A stretch of DNA of 64,000 bases from Adineta vaga (Eukaryota > Animalia > Rotifera): assembly GCA_021613535.1 (NCBI GenBank), contig CP075493.1, forward strand, positions 12,524,001-12,588,000, in the 5' to 3' direction. Below are positions 26,609-39,048 of the stretch, piece by piece (within the stretch, counting starts at the first letter, position 1; each line of letters opens with the position of its first letter). The notes below the pieces were generated by a model. That model saw only the letters and a program-made list of their open reading frames with translations, was not told where the DNA came from and made no database searches. Both the position numbers and the translations under genes were made by a program.

Positions 26609-26851
26609 ATGGAGCAACCTTCAAAAGAAAAACATTTCGTTTGTCAATCACAAACTTGTAATAATCGATGTGATAGTCAACATGCAGTTCATTGTAATCG
26701 TGTGTGCAGTCGAGAACATTTTGGTTATGGCAAAAGTTATAAATGTGAAAAATGCGGGAATGTTCGTCGTCGTCGAAATGGTCATCACGTTTATACGTGT
26801 GAAAAATGTAATCATTTATATTGTTATACGTGTTGTTTTAAACTGAAATAG
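26609..26851 (+). CDS. Small Cys/His-rich putative zinc-binding protein (80 aa)
   Basis: Several CxxC/CxxxC pairs (CEKC twice, CYTC). Upstream GTAAG..TTTAG suggests a 5'UTR intron. Confidence 0.6.
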   Translation: MEQPSKEKHFVCQSQTCNNRCDSQHAVHCNRVCSREHFGYGKSYKCEKCGNVRRRRNGHHVYTCEKCNHLYCYTCCFKLK

Positions 26852-27402
26852 ATTATCAAAATATATATTGACATTTTTTCTTTTCTTTTTTCGAGCAAGA
26901 GAGAGGCTGGATCATATTTATCCAGCAACACATTTTTAATTAGAAAATTCGAAGCAATAAAAGAAACGTCGAATCATGTGTCTCTGTAACACTCTTTTGA
27001 GGTACTTTTTCCTAGGGAATGTTGAATGTGTGAAAAGAAAGATAAATAACTTTAGCACTGTAAATAGTGCTGAACTATTTTAGTCATCTATTTTACATAA
27101 ATATGCTTCGATGTTATATGTCAAACGTTTCTATTCGAACTAAAAGATTTTTGAAATAGTTCATTATATTCATAGTAAGAATGAGTATGTATATATGACT
27201 ATGTCTATGTTAATTGTTTAACTTTGATCACCGACGGTGGCCTTTTGTCTTTCAACATGTGCAATTATAGCTGTAAAAAAGAGAAGAACAAAATGTCGTA
27301 ATTACAGTAAATATTTACCATTCGTCATATCTCAATGCATGTGACATACAGTAAAGATCGAAAAACAATACTTATTACTGCAGACTGACGAAATAAAAAA
27401 GA

Positions 27403-29133
27403 ATGAGTTTTGAATCTTTGGCAAATGAATTATTACTTGATTTATTTGAATATTTTCCTGTTGTTGATCTTCTCCGAGCATTTCATCGTCTCAATACTCG
27501 AATAGATAATCTGATTATTTCACATTTTCAAACTCATACTCTTGATTTTCAAAATATATCCAAGCAAGATTTCGATATTATTTGTCAAGTAAATCTTTCA
27601 GTGATTATCAAACATGTTGTTTCACTACGTTTATCAGATGACAATGAAACACCTCAACAGATTGAATTATTCCGTTCGTATCAATGGGATTTTAATCAAT
27701 TTGAATCTCTTCGTTATCTCACATTAAATCAAATCCGTTCATTGCCAATGACAACTGAAATATTATCCAGATGTCTTCAACTAATTCATCTTAACTTAAC
27801 TGCACTTTATTCCCAACATCAAGATGATGATTTTCTTCGTTTTATGAATAACATTTGGAATTTACCTAAATTGACTCGTTGTTATTTAAATGTTAAATTA
27901 ACTCATGAATCGAATATTCCAACACCAACTGTTTATTCTATGTCAATTGAACATTTATCCCTTATTGATGTATCATATCATACTGGTCAATTGCTTCATC
28001 TCTATGAACATACACCAAATCTTCGATATCTTGAAATAAGTTTGTATCATATGAATTATGTAGAAAAATTACGAAGAACAATTCCATCCGTTACTACTCT
28101 CTATCTAGTTTCTCTCAATCCACAAGATGGAATTTTAAAAAGTGTATTACAATATATGCCCAATCTGTATAGATTGAAAGTTGAAATTGTTTATTTGCCT
28201 GTGAATGGATATCAATGGGAACAAATCATCGAAAGTTATCTACCAAAATTAAAAATATTTCAGTTGAAGATGACTTTTCAAATGATAGATATTCGTTTCA
28301 AGGAAGATTTATTCACTTCGTTTCAAACATCATTTTGGCTCGAAAAACATCAATGGTTTATTCGATATCATGATAATTCTAATCAAATCTGTTTGTATAC
28401 ATTGCCTTATAGTTTTTCTGATCTTACTATTTATTCTCCTTTTCATACTAAATACACATGTCCCAATGACATATTTTATCAGTCGTACAATTGTGTTCAA
28501 CGTTTACTATCTTTATCATGTTCTTTACGAGCAATAATGCATCTTTCTTATCTTCAATTTCCCAATATTATTACTTTAACAATCAAGTTTCCATACAATG
28601 AGTATTTAATACCAGTCGTCAAAGAATTTCGACGATTACATTCATTAGAGATCTCACGGCGACATAATACATTAGATGCCGATGTTCAATCACAATTGCA
28701 ATTATTACTTGATCATACAACTGATCTTTATTCATTAAAGTTCGATAGTTGGTCAGAAATAAAACAATCAACAACATCAGAAAAATTAACACCAATGATT
28801 ATCAAAAGTCAATCCATTCGTCAACTAAATCTTCTTGGTTTTTGTCATTGTTTTACTCATGAAGAGTGCCTTGACTTTAGTCGTTCATCAATTGCTATTC
28901 ATTGTGAAGTACTTTGCATTAGAGTGGAACAAAGAAAAAGTATACTTTATCTTATCAATACAATGGACACATTACGAGCTTTGGTTGTCAGATCTGTAGA
29001 TGATAGTTGGACATGTTTTCAAAAAGATGAAAATGAATTGGATCGATGGTTAAAACAAAATCTATCATCCGAATGTTCAATTCAACGAGATTCTCGTTCA
29101 ATGCGTCTTATTCGAATATGGATTCATCGTTAA
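27403..29133 (+). CDS. F-box-like/LRR protein
   Basis: N-terminal FESLANELLLDLFEY; LRR-like repeats; QWEQIIESYLPKLKIF, LYTLPYSF; C-terminal IRIWI. Confidence 0.85.
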   Translation: MSFESLANELLLDLFEYFPVVDLLRAFHRLNTRIDNLIISHFQTHTLDFQNISKQDFDIICQVNLSVIIKHVVSLRLSDDNETPQQIELFRSYQWDFNQFESLRYLTLNQIRSLPMTTEILSRCLQLIHLNLTALYSQHQDDDFLRFMNNIWNLPKLTRCYLNVKLTHESNIPTPTVYSMSIEHLSLIDVSYHTGQLLHLYEHTPNLRYLEISLYHMNYVEKLRRTIPSVTTLYLVSLNPQDGILKSVLQYMPNLYRLKVEIVYLPVNGYQWEQIIESYLPKLKIFQLKMTFQMIDIRFKEDLFTSFQTSFWLEKHQWFIRYHDNSNQICLYTLPYSFSDLTIYSPFHTKYTCPNDIFYQSYNCVQRLLSLSCSLRAIMHLSYLQFPNIITLTIKFPYNEYLIPVVKEFRRLHSLEISRRHNTLDADVQSQLQLLLDHTTDLYSLKFDSWSEIKQSTTSEKLTPMIIKSQSIRQLNLLGFCHCFTHEECLDFSRSSIAIHCEVLCIRVEQRKSILYLINTMDTLRALVVRSVDDSWTCFQKDENELDRWLKQNLSSECSIQRDSRSMRLIRIWIHR

Positions 29134-29154
29134 CATTAGTTCATATATTATTTT

Positions 29155-30033
29155 CTAAAATGAATTCGTTAACAAACTAGATCGAGCACTACTGTTCTCA
29201 CTGATATGATATCGAAAGAGAAAATAAAGAGCTATAGCACAAAGTACATGCCATAGAGCATGACCTTGAAACCAAGAATTTGGAAAGCATAGTGGACCAC
29301 CAGTATTAGAGAAATTCCAAATGAGAAATGCGAGTATAAACGCTAATATACCGAGAATACCCCATCTTTTCTTTATATCGGATTTTCGATAAAAGACAAT
29401 GAAGAGTTCAGCGATAAGAAATATGATAAGAAATATAGCAACCAATAAATTCGCAGGCCCACCAATAACTGGAAGATAAATATCACATCGTGATACCAAT
29501 TCACAAATGACAACAATTAATAGAAAAACACCAACGAAATAAATCTTATTCATACAAAAGAGTCGTTGTGTACTATAGGCGACTAAATATCCACAGATTA
29601 GATATTCCGAGAGAACATCTAATTCCATACCCAAATGTGTATATGTAGCATGCATTGTCATTGAACATGGACCCAGGCAAATGACTAATGACGAATAGAA
29701 GATCGATAAAAAATCACTTGTAGTCAGATTATTAACATTATCATTGAATGTACCCCACATCATTTGCCAAGCAATGATAAAACCAATAATTATAAAACCT
29801 AAATTACTCCATGTATTGATAGGTTCAGCAAATATTTTGTTAGTAGATATTTCACAATAACCACCTGGTTCTCGTTTATCATAACCCATTGCATGTAATT
29901 GAAGATAGATGATGAAGAGTGATACAATACAGATACATACCATCAATGGAATCAAAAATAGATATAGATTTCTTCTCGAGTCAAGATGTTTGGCAGAACA
30001 GATACGTAGGAATGATTTACAACTATAATTCAT
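29155..30033 (-). CDS. CREST-superfamily 7TM hydrolase (alkaline ceramidase-like)
   Basis: YCE..EPINTWSN, SMTMH (SxxxH), HALWH (HxxxH); seven or more TM segments. First ATG at 30033. Confidence 0.8.
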   Translation of the reverse strand: MNYSCKSFLRICSAKHLDSRRNLYLFLIPLMVCICIVSLFIIYLQLHAMGYDKREPGGYCEISTNKIFAEPINTWSNLGFIIIGFIIAWQMMWGTFNDNVNNLTTSDFLSIFYSSLVICLGPCSMTMHATYTHLGMELDVLSEYLICGYLVAYSTQRLFCMNKIYFVGVFLLIVVICELVSRCDIYLPVIGGPANLLVAIFLIIFLIAELFIVFYRKSDIKKRWGILGILAFILAFLIWNFSNTGGPLCFPNSWFQGHALWHVLCAIALYFLFRYHISENSSARSSLLTNSF

Positions 30034-30585
30034 AATCGTACAACTATGATAATATAATTTCAATCTCTATGAAGTGACACCAACCATTGAAATCGATTCT
30101 AAGAATATATATTTGCGAACTTTTTCAAAGCAAAGAAATTATTTATTGTTCAAATAATTACGTACCATCTGACTGTAACGAACAGAAAAAAAGTTTTCAT
30201 TCTTAAACAAATATTTATTATTTGATTCTATTTTCAATCAATCTCAATTAAAGAAGAAACGAAATGTGTTTATGATTTCTCAACAGCATATAGCAAAATA
30301 AATTACCCTATCGTATGTAGTCGTTATTTGACTGTAATGCATAGTTAGATGAATATTTTTCTCGAAATAATTAACACTTTTAAATGACATTTCACAATGA
30401 AATTTATTGCCCTTTAACGTACTTATATCTGTGCAAAATAACCTTTTATCTTGTTTGTTTTCATCATTGAGTTTGATATTTGATGATTGGAAGGTCATTA
30501 CTTGATGGCAGATGGGAAGTAACATGCGAAATAGATAAACATTTTTTATATAAAACTCAGCTTCAGTAGAAAAAAGATTATAATC

Positions 30586-31020
30586 ATGGATGATCGTCGT
30601 ATACGTTCTATTATTTTGAATCTTCAACATTGTCCTCGTGTTGACGATCAACGACGTCTGTATTTCTATCTTGATAATGATGCTTTACAAAAAGTTCGAG
30701 ATCATCCAACACTTGGTGGAATATTGAGTCTTATTGGATCTCTTATGGATAAAAACAGAATTAATAACAAAGATATGAATTATATGATCAATGCATTTGA
30801 AGAAATTCAATGTGTTGATGTTGCAAAATTTTCAAAAGGTATATTCATTATTTTTGTTTTTATGTAATGTTATGCTATTTGTTATGTTTAGAGTATCAAG
30901 ATCGAAATCTTGCCGATGATTCAAATATATCGTTACAAAGTTTATCAGACATTATGCCACGTAGTTCATTTAATCAATTGCTACGAGATAAGGAAGAAGA
31001 AGAGTATCATTTGCAATCGT
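30586..31020 (+). pseudogene. Death-effector-domain-like gene fragment
   Basis: RLYFYL..ILSLIGSLMDKNRINNKDMNYMINAFEEIQC resembles DED helices. Short intron ~30839-30890; no clear downstream continuation. Confidence 0.5.
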
Positions 31021-31536
31021 GTAAATGATTATATTTGGAACTACTTGTTCTACTATTTTTCGTTATAAACTCAGCATTACTATGTTGCTGTCAGTGGTAC
31101 AAAATCGGGTTTCGTCGATCGGAAAAAAATAAATGTTGAATTTAAGGAATTAATAAAAGATGTAAAAACAAATCAATATACGATTACCGAAGAGTTCAAT
31201 CATTTGGAACATAAACTGACAACAATTCAAAGTAAGAAAACGCTTAAGATTCTTTTTAAGAACAGATATCCATATGTATCTGGTATTTAATACTGACATT
31301 GATAGCAAAATAAACGATTTACGAGACATGAGATTTTGATACATTAAACATACTATCATTCTAGTCACTCTCTCCTCTTTTCTCATCAATTAATGATAGA
31401 ATACCTCAATTAAAAAGTTAAAATTGAATTTTAATTCATAGTGTCAATCAAAAAAATTACTAATATAGACTACTTTACTATAATTCGTCCATCCTCACCA
31501 ATTAGTAATAATAATATCATTTTAGTGTTTAGAAAA

Positions 31537-31866
31537 ATGAATATTCATTCAAGAGACTGGCAGCATTACGACAAAGCATTAATAAATGAACAAAAGTCTC
31601 TTAATACGATGCAAGTTAGTTTGTCACTCAGTTATAACAATATTGCTACCATATATTTACAAATGAGGGAGTATTCCAAAGCTCTCGAATACTATCACAG
31701 AGCATTGGATAATCAATATAAATCTCTTCTTTCCAATTATCCAGATTTAGCTGGGACTCTAAAAAACATTGGTGTGGGATACTTTGAGAAGGAAGCATAC
31801 TCAAGAGATTGTGTAAACTTGAATAAAACATGGCATCTTTTAAGAACAATCTATTCTCAACCTTGA
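31537..31866 (+). pseudogene. TPR (kinesin-light-chain-type) gene fragment
   Basis: SYNNIATIYLQMREYSKALEYYHRAL..YPDLAGTLKNIG; isolated and truncated. Confidence 0.65.
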
Positions 31867-32237
31867 ACTATCTTTAGTCAGCAATTTGAAAATTGATTAT
31901 TTTCAAAATATTGATAACATAAATGATAAAATTACAAATCAAAAAGATGTTTTTACCTCGTTTAGTTATAGCATCAAGCTATGGTGTAACATCCTATATT
32001 GCGCTATTACCACCTATACAAGAATATGGTTTGAAATATTGTATGAGGTCAGTTGAACTATGATGACACACTTTTTGACTTGCAGTTGAAAATATAACAT
32101 CGAATCATTCACTAAATATGTCATTGATATGACGTCGTGTAAAAACGATGATAACATGTAAATCACTCCAAGAAAAAAGACGATATAGTATGAATTTAAA
32201 TAGTATCTTTTTTCGTATATTATGATGAAAAACAAAA

Positions 32238-35200
32238 TTAACACGTTTTAGAAATAATATCAATATTGCCTGTTCCATAGTTGGTTACTAAAATATCTAA
32301 CCATTTGTCATTATTGATGTCTTCAAGTGCAACATATACAGGTCGAGCATCATATCCCATCAAAACTTCTGTTTGATTAACAAATGTTCCATCTCCAATA
32401 CCAAATAGAAGAATAATAGAATTTGAACCATAATTAGCAGTAATTATATCTAATTGTTGATCATTATTAATATCACCAGTAACAATGAAATAAGGAACAA
32501 ATCGAGGATCAATTAAATATGTTATGATTGATCCAAATGATCCATTTCCAATATTTAATAGTATACCAATATTACCAGTACCGTAATGTGCAACGGCAAT
32601 ATCCGTTTGATTGTCTTGATTAAAGTCGCCAACTGCAACGGAATATGGCATGGATCTATTACCAGTTGAAAAAGTTGTCTGATTTGAAAAAAATCCATAA
32701 CCTAGTCCGAAAAATATACCAATATTATTATAACCAGAATTGCCAACTACAATATCTGTTAAACCATCATTATTAAAATCAGCGACATTCACAGAATGTG
32801 GTAAGGAACCAATTCCAGTAGATAATGGCATTACATCGAGAAATGCTTTAGTAGATGTGCCAAGAAAAGTATAAACTCGAAAGTTATCAAATATAGTTAT
32901 ATCTAATTGACCATCATTATTGAAATCAGCGGCGTGAACAAAACTTGGATCAAAAAACAAACTATGATAAATCCTTGTTGGACTAGAAAAGTCGCCATTA
33001 CCATATCCCAACCACAAAGCAACAAAATTGTTATATCGATTTGTTATTGCAAAATCGAGTCGAGTATCGAGATTAAAATCACCAACAGTAATAGATAAAT
33101 AATCAGTTGAACTACCACCATGTGTTAATTTTGGACTTCGAAATGTTCCATTTCCGTATCCTAGATAGATGCCAAAATAACCTGTCGAATAATAACCAAC
33201 GACAATATCCATATTATTATCTTTATCAAAATCACCAACGGCTACAAAGCTTGGATTAATTCCTTGAGAAACGTAATATGTTGTTTGATTTGTGAATGTT
33301 CCATTACCGTAGCCTAAGAAGATGCCAATAGTATTTCCATAATAATTTGCAACAACAATATCCGTTTGATTATCATTATTAAAGTCACTAACAGCAAGAC
33401 AGATAGGCTCAGATCCACTATTCGTTGAATATGTTATTTGATTTGCAAATGTTCCATTACCATAACCTAAAAAGATTCCAATATTATTTCCATAAGAATT
33501 TGCAACAGCAATGTCCGATTGATTGTCATTATTAAAGTCGCCAATGGCGACAAATGCTGGATAAGAAGCACTATTCGTTGAATAAGTCATTTGTTTGTCA
33601 AAAGATCTATTTCCATAGCCGAGAAATATTCCAATAGTATATCCATAAGAATTAGCAACAACAATATCAAGATAATTATCATTGTTAAAATCAGCGATAG
33701 CAACTGCAGTAGGATATGAATTACTTCCTGTCGAACATATAACTGGATCACTAAATGATCCATTACCATATCCAAAAAATACTTGAACATTTTGTCCATA
33801 ATAATTAGCAACAATAATATCTGTTAAATTATCAAGATTCATATCACCAGTAGCTATATTTTTATAAGTATTTGTACCTGTTCGAGGATAATTAAATATC
33901 GATGTGAATGATAGAAGATTAAATCCAAGAAGAACACCTATATTATCAGTACCATAATTAGCAACAACTAAATCCGATCGATTATCATTATTAAAGTCAC
34001 CAACAGCTAAAGATTGTGGTTTAGAACCGGAACCAGTTGAAAAAAATCTTTGATTTGTAAAACTACCATTTTCATATCCAAGAAATATTCCAATACCACT
34101 AGTACCAACATTAACTGTAGCAAGATCAAGTATTTCATCATTATTAAAATCATTGGAAAGAATCATGATTGGTTGAGATTGAAAATCAGTAAAATAAGTT
34201 TTGTCTATAGTAAAAATTCCGCTACCATTTCCAAAAAATACACCGAAATTATTCGATCCATAATTCGATACTCCTATATCGGATTGATTATCATCGTTGA
34301 AATCGCCGACAGTTAAAGATGATGGAAGCGATCCATATGATGTTGAAAATTCAGTAATACGATTAAATTTACCTGAATCATATCCTATAAACATTCCAAT
34401 AGTATTGGTATCTGGATTAGCAACAATAATATCTAATCGTCCATCACGATTAAAGTCATCGGCAGCAACAAAATAGGGACCTCCTGCACCTGTTGAATAT
34501 AAAGGTCCGTCAATGAACGAACTACTGCCTGTTCCCAATAAGATAAATAGACCTTTACTTCCATAATTAGCAATAGCTATATCTAAATTATTATCATTAT
34601 CAAAATCAGCGACAAAGACACACATTGGATAAGAGCTTTGACCAACCCATTTAACGTTTCGATCTTGAAAGGTACCATCACCATTACCAAGCAGTAATCC
34701 TGTTGTACTTCTTTCATTATTCGCAGTGATTATATCTAATCGAGAATCTTTATTATAATCACCAACAGCCACAAATGTTGGATATGAAATTTCTCCTGTA
34801 GAAATTTTTGTTTGTTCCGTAAATGTACCATTACCATATCCAAGATATACACTGATATCATCAGAATAATAATTAGCAACAACAATATCTAATTTCATAT
34901 CATTATTAAAATCACCAATAGCTAAAGAAATTGGATTACTTCCAGTAGAATATGTTTTCGAACTTTTAAATGAACCATTATCATAATTTAAAAATATCAC
35001 TATGGTATATGAATAGGAATTACAAACAACAATATCCAACAGAGTATCATTATTAAAATCACCAACAATTGCAACATAAGGATACGATCGTGAACCCGTT
35101 GAATAAGTTATCTGATCAGCAAATGATCCATTGCCGTATCCAAAAAAAATGCCAATATTATGTTTACCATAATTAGTAACAACAATATCTAAGTTTCTAT

Positions 35201-36990
35201 CGTTATTTAAGTCACCAATAGCAATATAATTTGGATAAGATCCACTTCCAGTAGAAATTGTAATCTGATCAGTAAATGATCCATTTTCTTGACCGAGAAA
35301 TATACCAATATTGTTTGCATAATAATTACCAACAACTGTGTCTGGTTGACCATCATTATTTAAATCACCAATAGCCAAAGTATATGGCCCATTGTCCGTT
35401 ATATAAGAGACTTGTTCTCGAAAATCTGCTGTTCGAACACCTAAGAAAATACCAACATTATTCGTAGCATTATTTGCTACAACAATATCCATTCGACTAT
35501 CATTATTAAAATCACCAATTGTCACAAATTGCACACCAGTATTAACACCAGTTGTATAAGTTACTTGATCAGTAAATGATCCATTACCTAATCCAAAAAA
35601 TAAGCCAATATTATCTGTACCAGTATTAGCAACTGCAATGTCTTGTAAATGATCATTATTAAAATCAGCAACAATCAAAGAATGTGGATTCGAATTTGTA
35701 CCCGTTGAAAAAGTCATTTGATTGAAAAACGTTTCATTATTATTGGCAAGAAAGATGCCAATATTATTCATTGCAGAATTAGCAACAACAATATCAAGAT
35801 GATTATCACCATTAAAATCACTGATAGTGATAGAATATGGTCGAGATCCGAAACCAGTGGAATATATGTTAAGATTTGTAAAACTTCCATCGCCAATACC
35901 ATAGAATATACCAATATTGTTTGTACCGAAATTTGCAATAGCAATATCTAGATATCCATCCTTATTTAAATCAGCAACTGTCAATGATTTTGGTTCCGAA
36001 TCATAACCTGTTGAATATTTTAATAAAGATTGAAATGTTCCATCACCATTTCCAAGGAAAATACCAATGTCATTCGTACCATGGTTAACGACAGCTAGAT
36101 CAATTTTAGAGTCATTATTAAAATCTCCATTTGTAATTGCTATTGGTCGAGAAGAATCAGTTGAAAATATAATTGGAGATGCAAAACTTCCATCACCCTC
36201 ACCAAGTAATATACCCACACTATTAATTCCATAGTTTGCTACAGCAATATCCAAATAAGTATCGTTATTAAAATCGGCAATGGTTACGGCATAAGGAAGA
36301 GAACGTTTAGTTGTAGAATATGTTATTTGATTTTCAAATGTTCCATCACCTTTACCTAAGAGAATTCCAATATTATCTGCACCATAATTAACAACAGCAA
36401 GATCTAAATAACGATCATCATTAAAATCACCAACGGCAATTGCTCGACTACGAGAATTATACTGCATATCAGTTTTTGTTTTACGTTCAAATTTTAATAC
36501 ACAGGTTTTAACTAAATTATATCCGTTATTTCATTCTTTTTTATGAATAAAAACTAAATTGAACATACTTGGTGGTTGTGGTATGGTATAATAAACAACA
36601 ATGATACCAACAATCATGGCTATCGATGTAAATATACATGATAGAAAAACACGATTAGTCACAAATAGTAAAACTAACCAATAAAGAGATTTTCTATGAA
36701 ATAAAAACAATGATGATTAGGTACGATAAGAGAAATCCTACTGTAATACTTTTTCTCCGGAGTTGTAACATGGTTTATTTCGATATCAGCGTCATTTCGT
36801 GCTTTGTATTCATCTTCAATCGAACCAATAACTTGATTTGCCTTAGTAGAACTAATATTCTCCGAAAATGGATTATTGATTGCTTTCGCAATAGGATTCA
36901 GAATAATTATTTCGTCCTATAAAAAAATTCTCACATCAGTATTACCTATAGATTTATATGAATTCATACGTTTTCCAAATCAGATGACAT
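32238..36990 (-). CDS. Large FG-GAP/VCBS-repeat beta-propeller protein with an N-terminal membrane anchor
   Basis: 1409-aa exon with over 25 GDFNNDxxxDIxVxN repeats. Upstream small exons (MSSDLEN from 36990; TM VFLSCIFTSIAMIVGIIVVYY near 36590-36680) appear to splice in frame; the 5' structure is less certain. Confidence 0.85.
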
Positions 36991-37609
36991 TGTAAACACT
37001 TGCGTGTCTATAATTGTTTGTTGTGAGGAAAATATTTTCAAAATATTAGAAAAAAAAGGTACCTATTGTAGTTGACTTGTAGAATAAAAGTATTCAATGA
37101 TAAATACTTTCGAATAGGAGAAATAATCTAATCGTAATGAGAAAAAAAAACAATATATTATATGTTGATATTCATTCGTGATTACGATGATCAACCATGC
37201 AGAAATGAGTTCATTTCTAAGTTCGAAAAATGAATAACTAATTAAACGTGCAACTCAATATGTACTCATCAAAATCTTATCGGTAATAATTGTAGAGAGA
37301 AAAATTAAATATTATATTTTGAATAACTGTCACTCATACGATGGATGAATGATAAAACACAGAGCGAACCAGTATTTTTTTGCTCTCATTTTCTGTTTAT
37401 TGAATGCTGATTGACCTGATAGAAAACAAGAAGAAAAAAAAAGAAGATCAGTCATTCACAAAAAGGTAATTTTTTTATCACAAAATGTACATTATCTGTC
37501 ACATGTATTTTGTTTTTGTACAATACGAAAATAACTGTCAATCTTTCTTTTATATTTATTAATGCAAAAATAAATAAAAAATATGATATTTTATCTCTTT
37601 TTTCAAGCA

Positions 37610-38614
37610 TTATTTTTTGTTCTTTAATTCTTCGTAAGCTTTGGATATATTAAGACTCGAATGTATCCAATCAAAAAGTACGTAACCACGAAATTGTGAC
37701 ATATCATCCGTCGCTTTCTTCACTGTTTGTTCAAGATTTAAACCATCATCAATTGCACTCTGTACAATCTTTTGAAGTGTTGTAAGATAATCAATATGCC
37801 ATTTGAAATCATCTCGTTTAATAGCAACACCATGTCCTGGTATGATCCTTGAGTCTAAAGGTAAAAACTCATAAGCTCTTGTCAATGATGCCAATGTATC
37901 AACTAGATGACCATCTAACAACCATGGTAAACCTGGTTTTGGTGCGACAATTGGATTTCCAGTCCACATAGTCTTCGATTGAGGTTCCCAAATAAATAAA
38001 TCACCACCAGTTTGAGCAAAACCAAAATCAATAATCTCAACAAGTTTACCACCTAGATCGATTTGTATTTGACTACGATCACTGACAAGAATATTACCAG
38101 TTCGTGCTTTGATATCTTCAATTCCACGTCCTTTACCCAAATTTTGTAACATAAAAGTTTTATCTTCTTCTAAATGTTCATCAATATATTTTTTAGCATT
38201 TTCATGTTGAATAATCATTGTCGTTGAAGGTAAATACATATTACCATACCAATGATCACCATGACAACTTGTATTAACAGCAAATAGAATTGGTTTATTA
38301 TTTGCTATTTTTTTAATTAATTCTTGAGCTTGATGATTTAAACGTTGATTTAGAAAGGTTTCTATAAGTAAAACACCATTTTCACCAACAATTAAACCAC
38401 CACTAGTAGCGGCTGCGCCACCACTTGCATTCAATTGTTCAGCATCTTTTGCATAGAAAGCATAAACATCAGTTGCTAGTTTTTCACTAATCATTTCGAC
38501 TTTATTTCCATCCCAAACGGGTTGTTTTTCATCTTGTATTGATTCAACAATTTGTTGTTTATGACAATTACCTATGCAAACAAGGATAATCGAGAAAAAA
38601 AGCGCTAATATCAA
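37610..38614 (-). CDS. Metallo-beta-lactamase-fold hydrolase, bacterial type, with signal-like N-terminus, intronless
   Basis: NTSCHGDHWYGN (HxHxDH variant), IIPGHG. The ORF starts at TTG with no in-frame ATG before the hydrophobic leader. Confidence 0.8.
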   Translation of the reverse strand: MILALFFSIILVCIGNCHKQQIVESIQDEKQPVWDGNKVEMISEKLATDVYAFYAKDAEQLNASGGAAATSGGLIVGENGVLLIETFLNQRLNHQAQELIKKIANNKPILFAVNTSCHGDHWYGNMYLPSTTMIIQHENAKKYIDEHLEEDKTFMLQNLGKGRGIEDIKARTGNILVSDRSQIQIDLGGKLVEIIDFGFAQTGGDLFIWEPQSKTMWTGNPIVAPKPGLPWLLDGHLVDTLASLTRAYEFLPLDSRIIPGHGVAIKRDDFKWHIDYLTTLQKIVQSAIDDGLNLEQTVKKATDDMSQFRGYVLFDWIHSSLNISKAYEELKNKK

Positions 38615-39048
38615 CGAAGTTTACCGTGAGAACACATTATTTTACTTTTATTTAGAAATACTGTTCGACATGTTTTTGTTTTTTAAATAGATATAGTTAA
38701 GTATGACAATGCATTTTTTTTCCATGTTCATTTTCTGTTATTTACTTTCGATTTTAATGATAATGCGAAATTTTATCCCTTTCTTCTTTTTTAATTACGA
38801 GATAAACATAATGACAAGGCATATTTTTAATAGTATCGAGTATTGATATGATTATAAAAAATGTGAATCATAATGATCACAGTTATGTTTTCTTTCATTC
38901 TCTTGTTATAGATTCGTCCTTCATAATTGTGCATAATATTATGATGAAAGAAAAACTCGCTTTTTTTATTATTATGAATCTTTCATATACAAAAACAAAA
39001 ATCAAATTTCGATTTGCTGATTATTCGTGTTGAGTTCTGATGACTTAA

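Noticed and set aside
32238-36467. Regularly spaced nucleotide repeats that could suggest a CRISPR array
   Set aside because: Degenerate protein-coding FG-GAP repeats in an open frame; no identical direct repeats and no cas genes.
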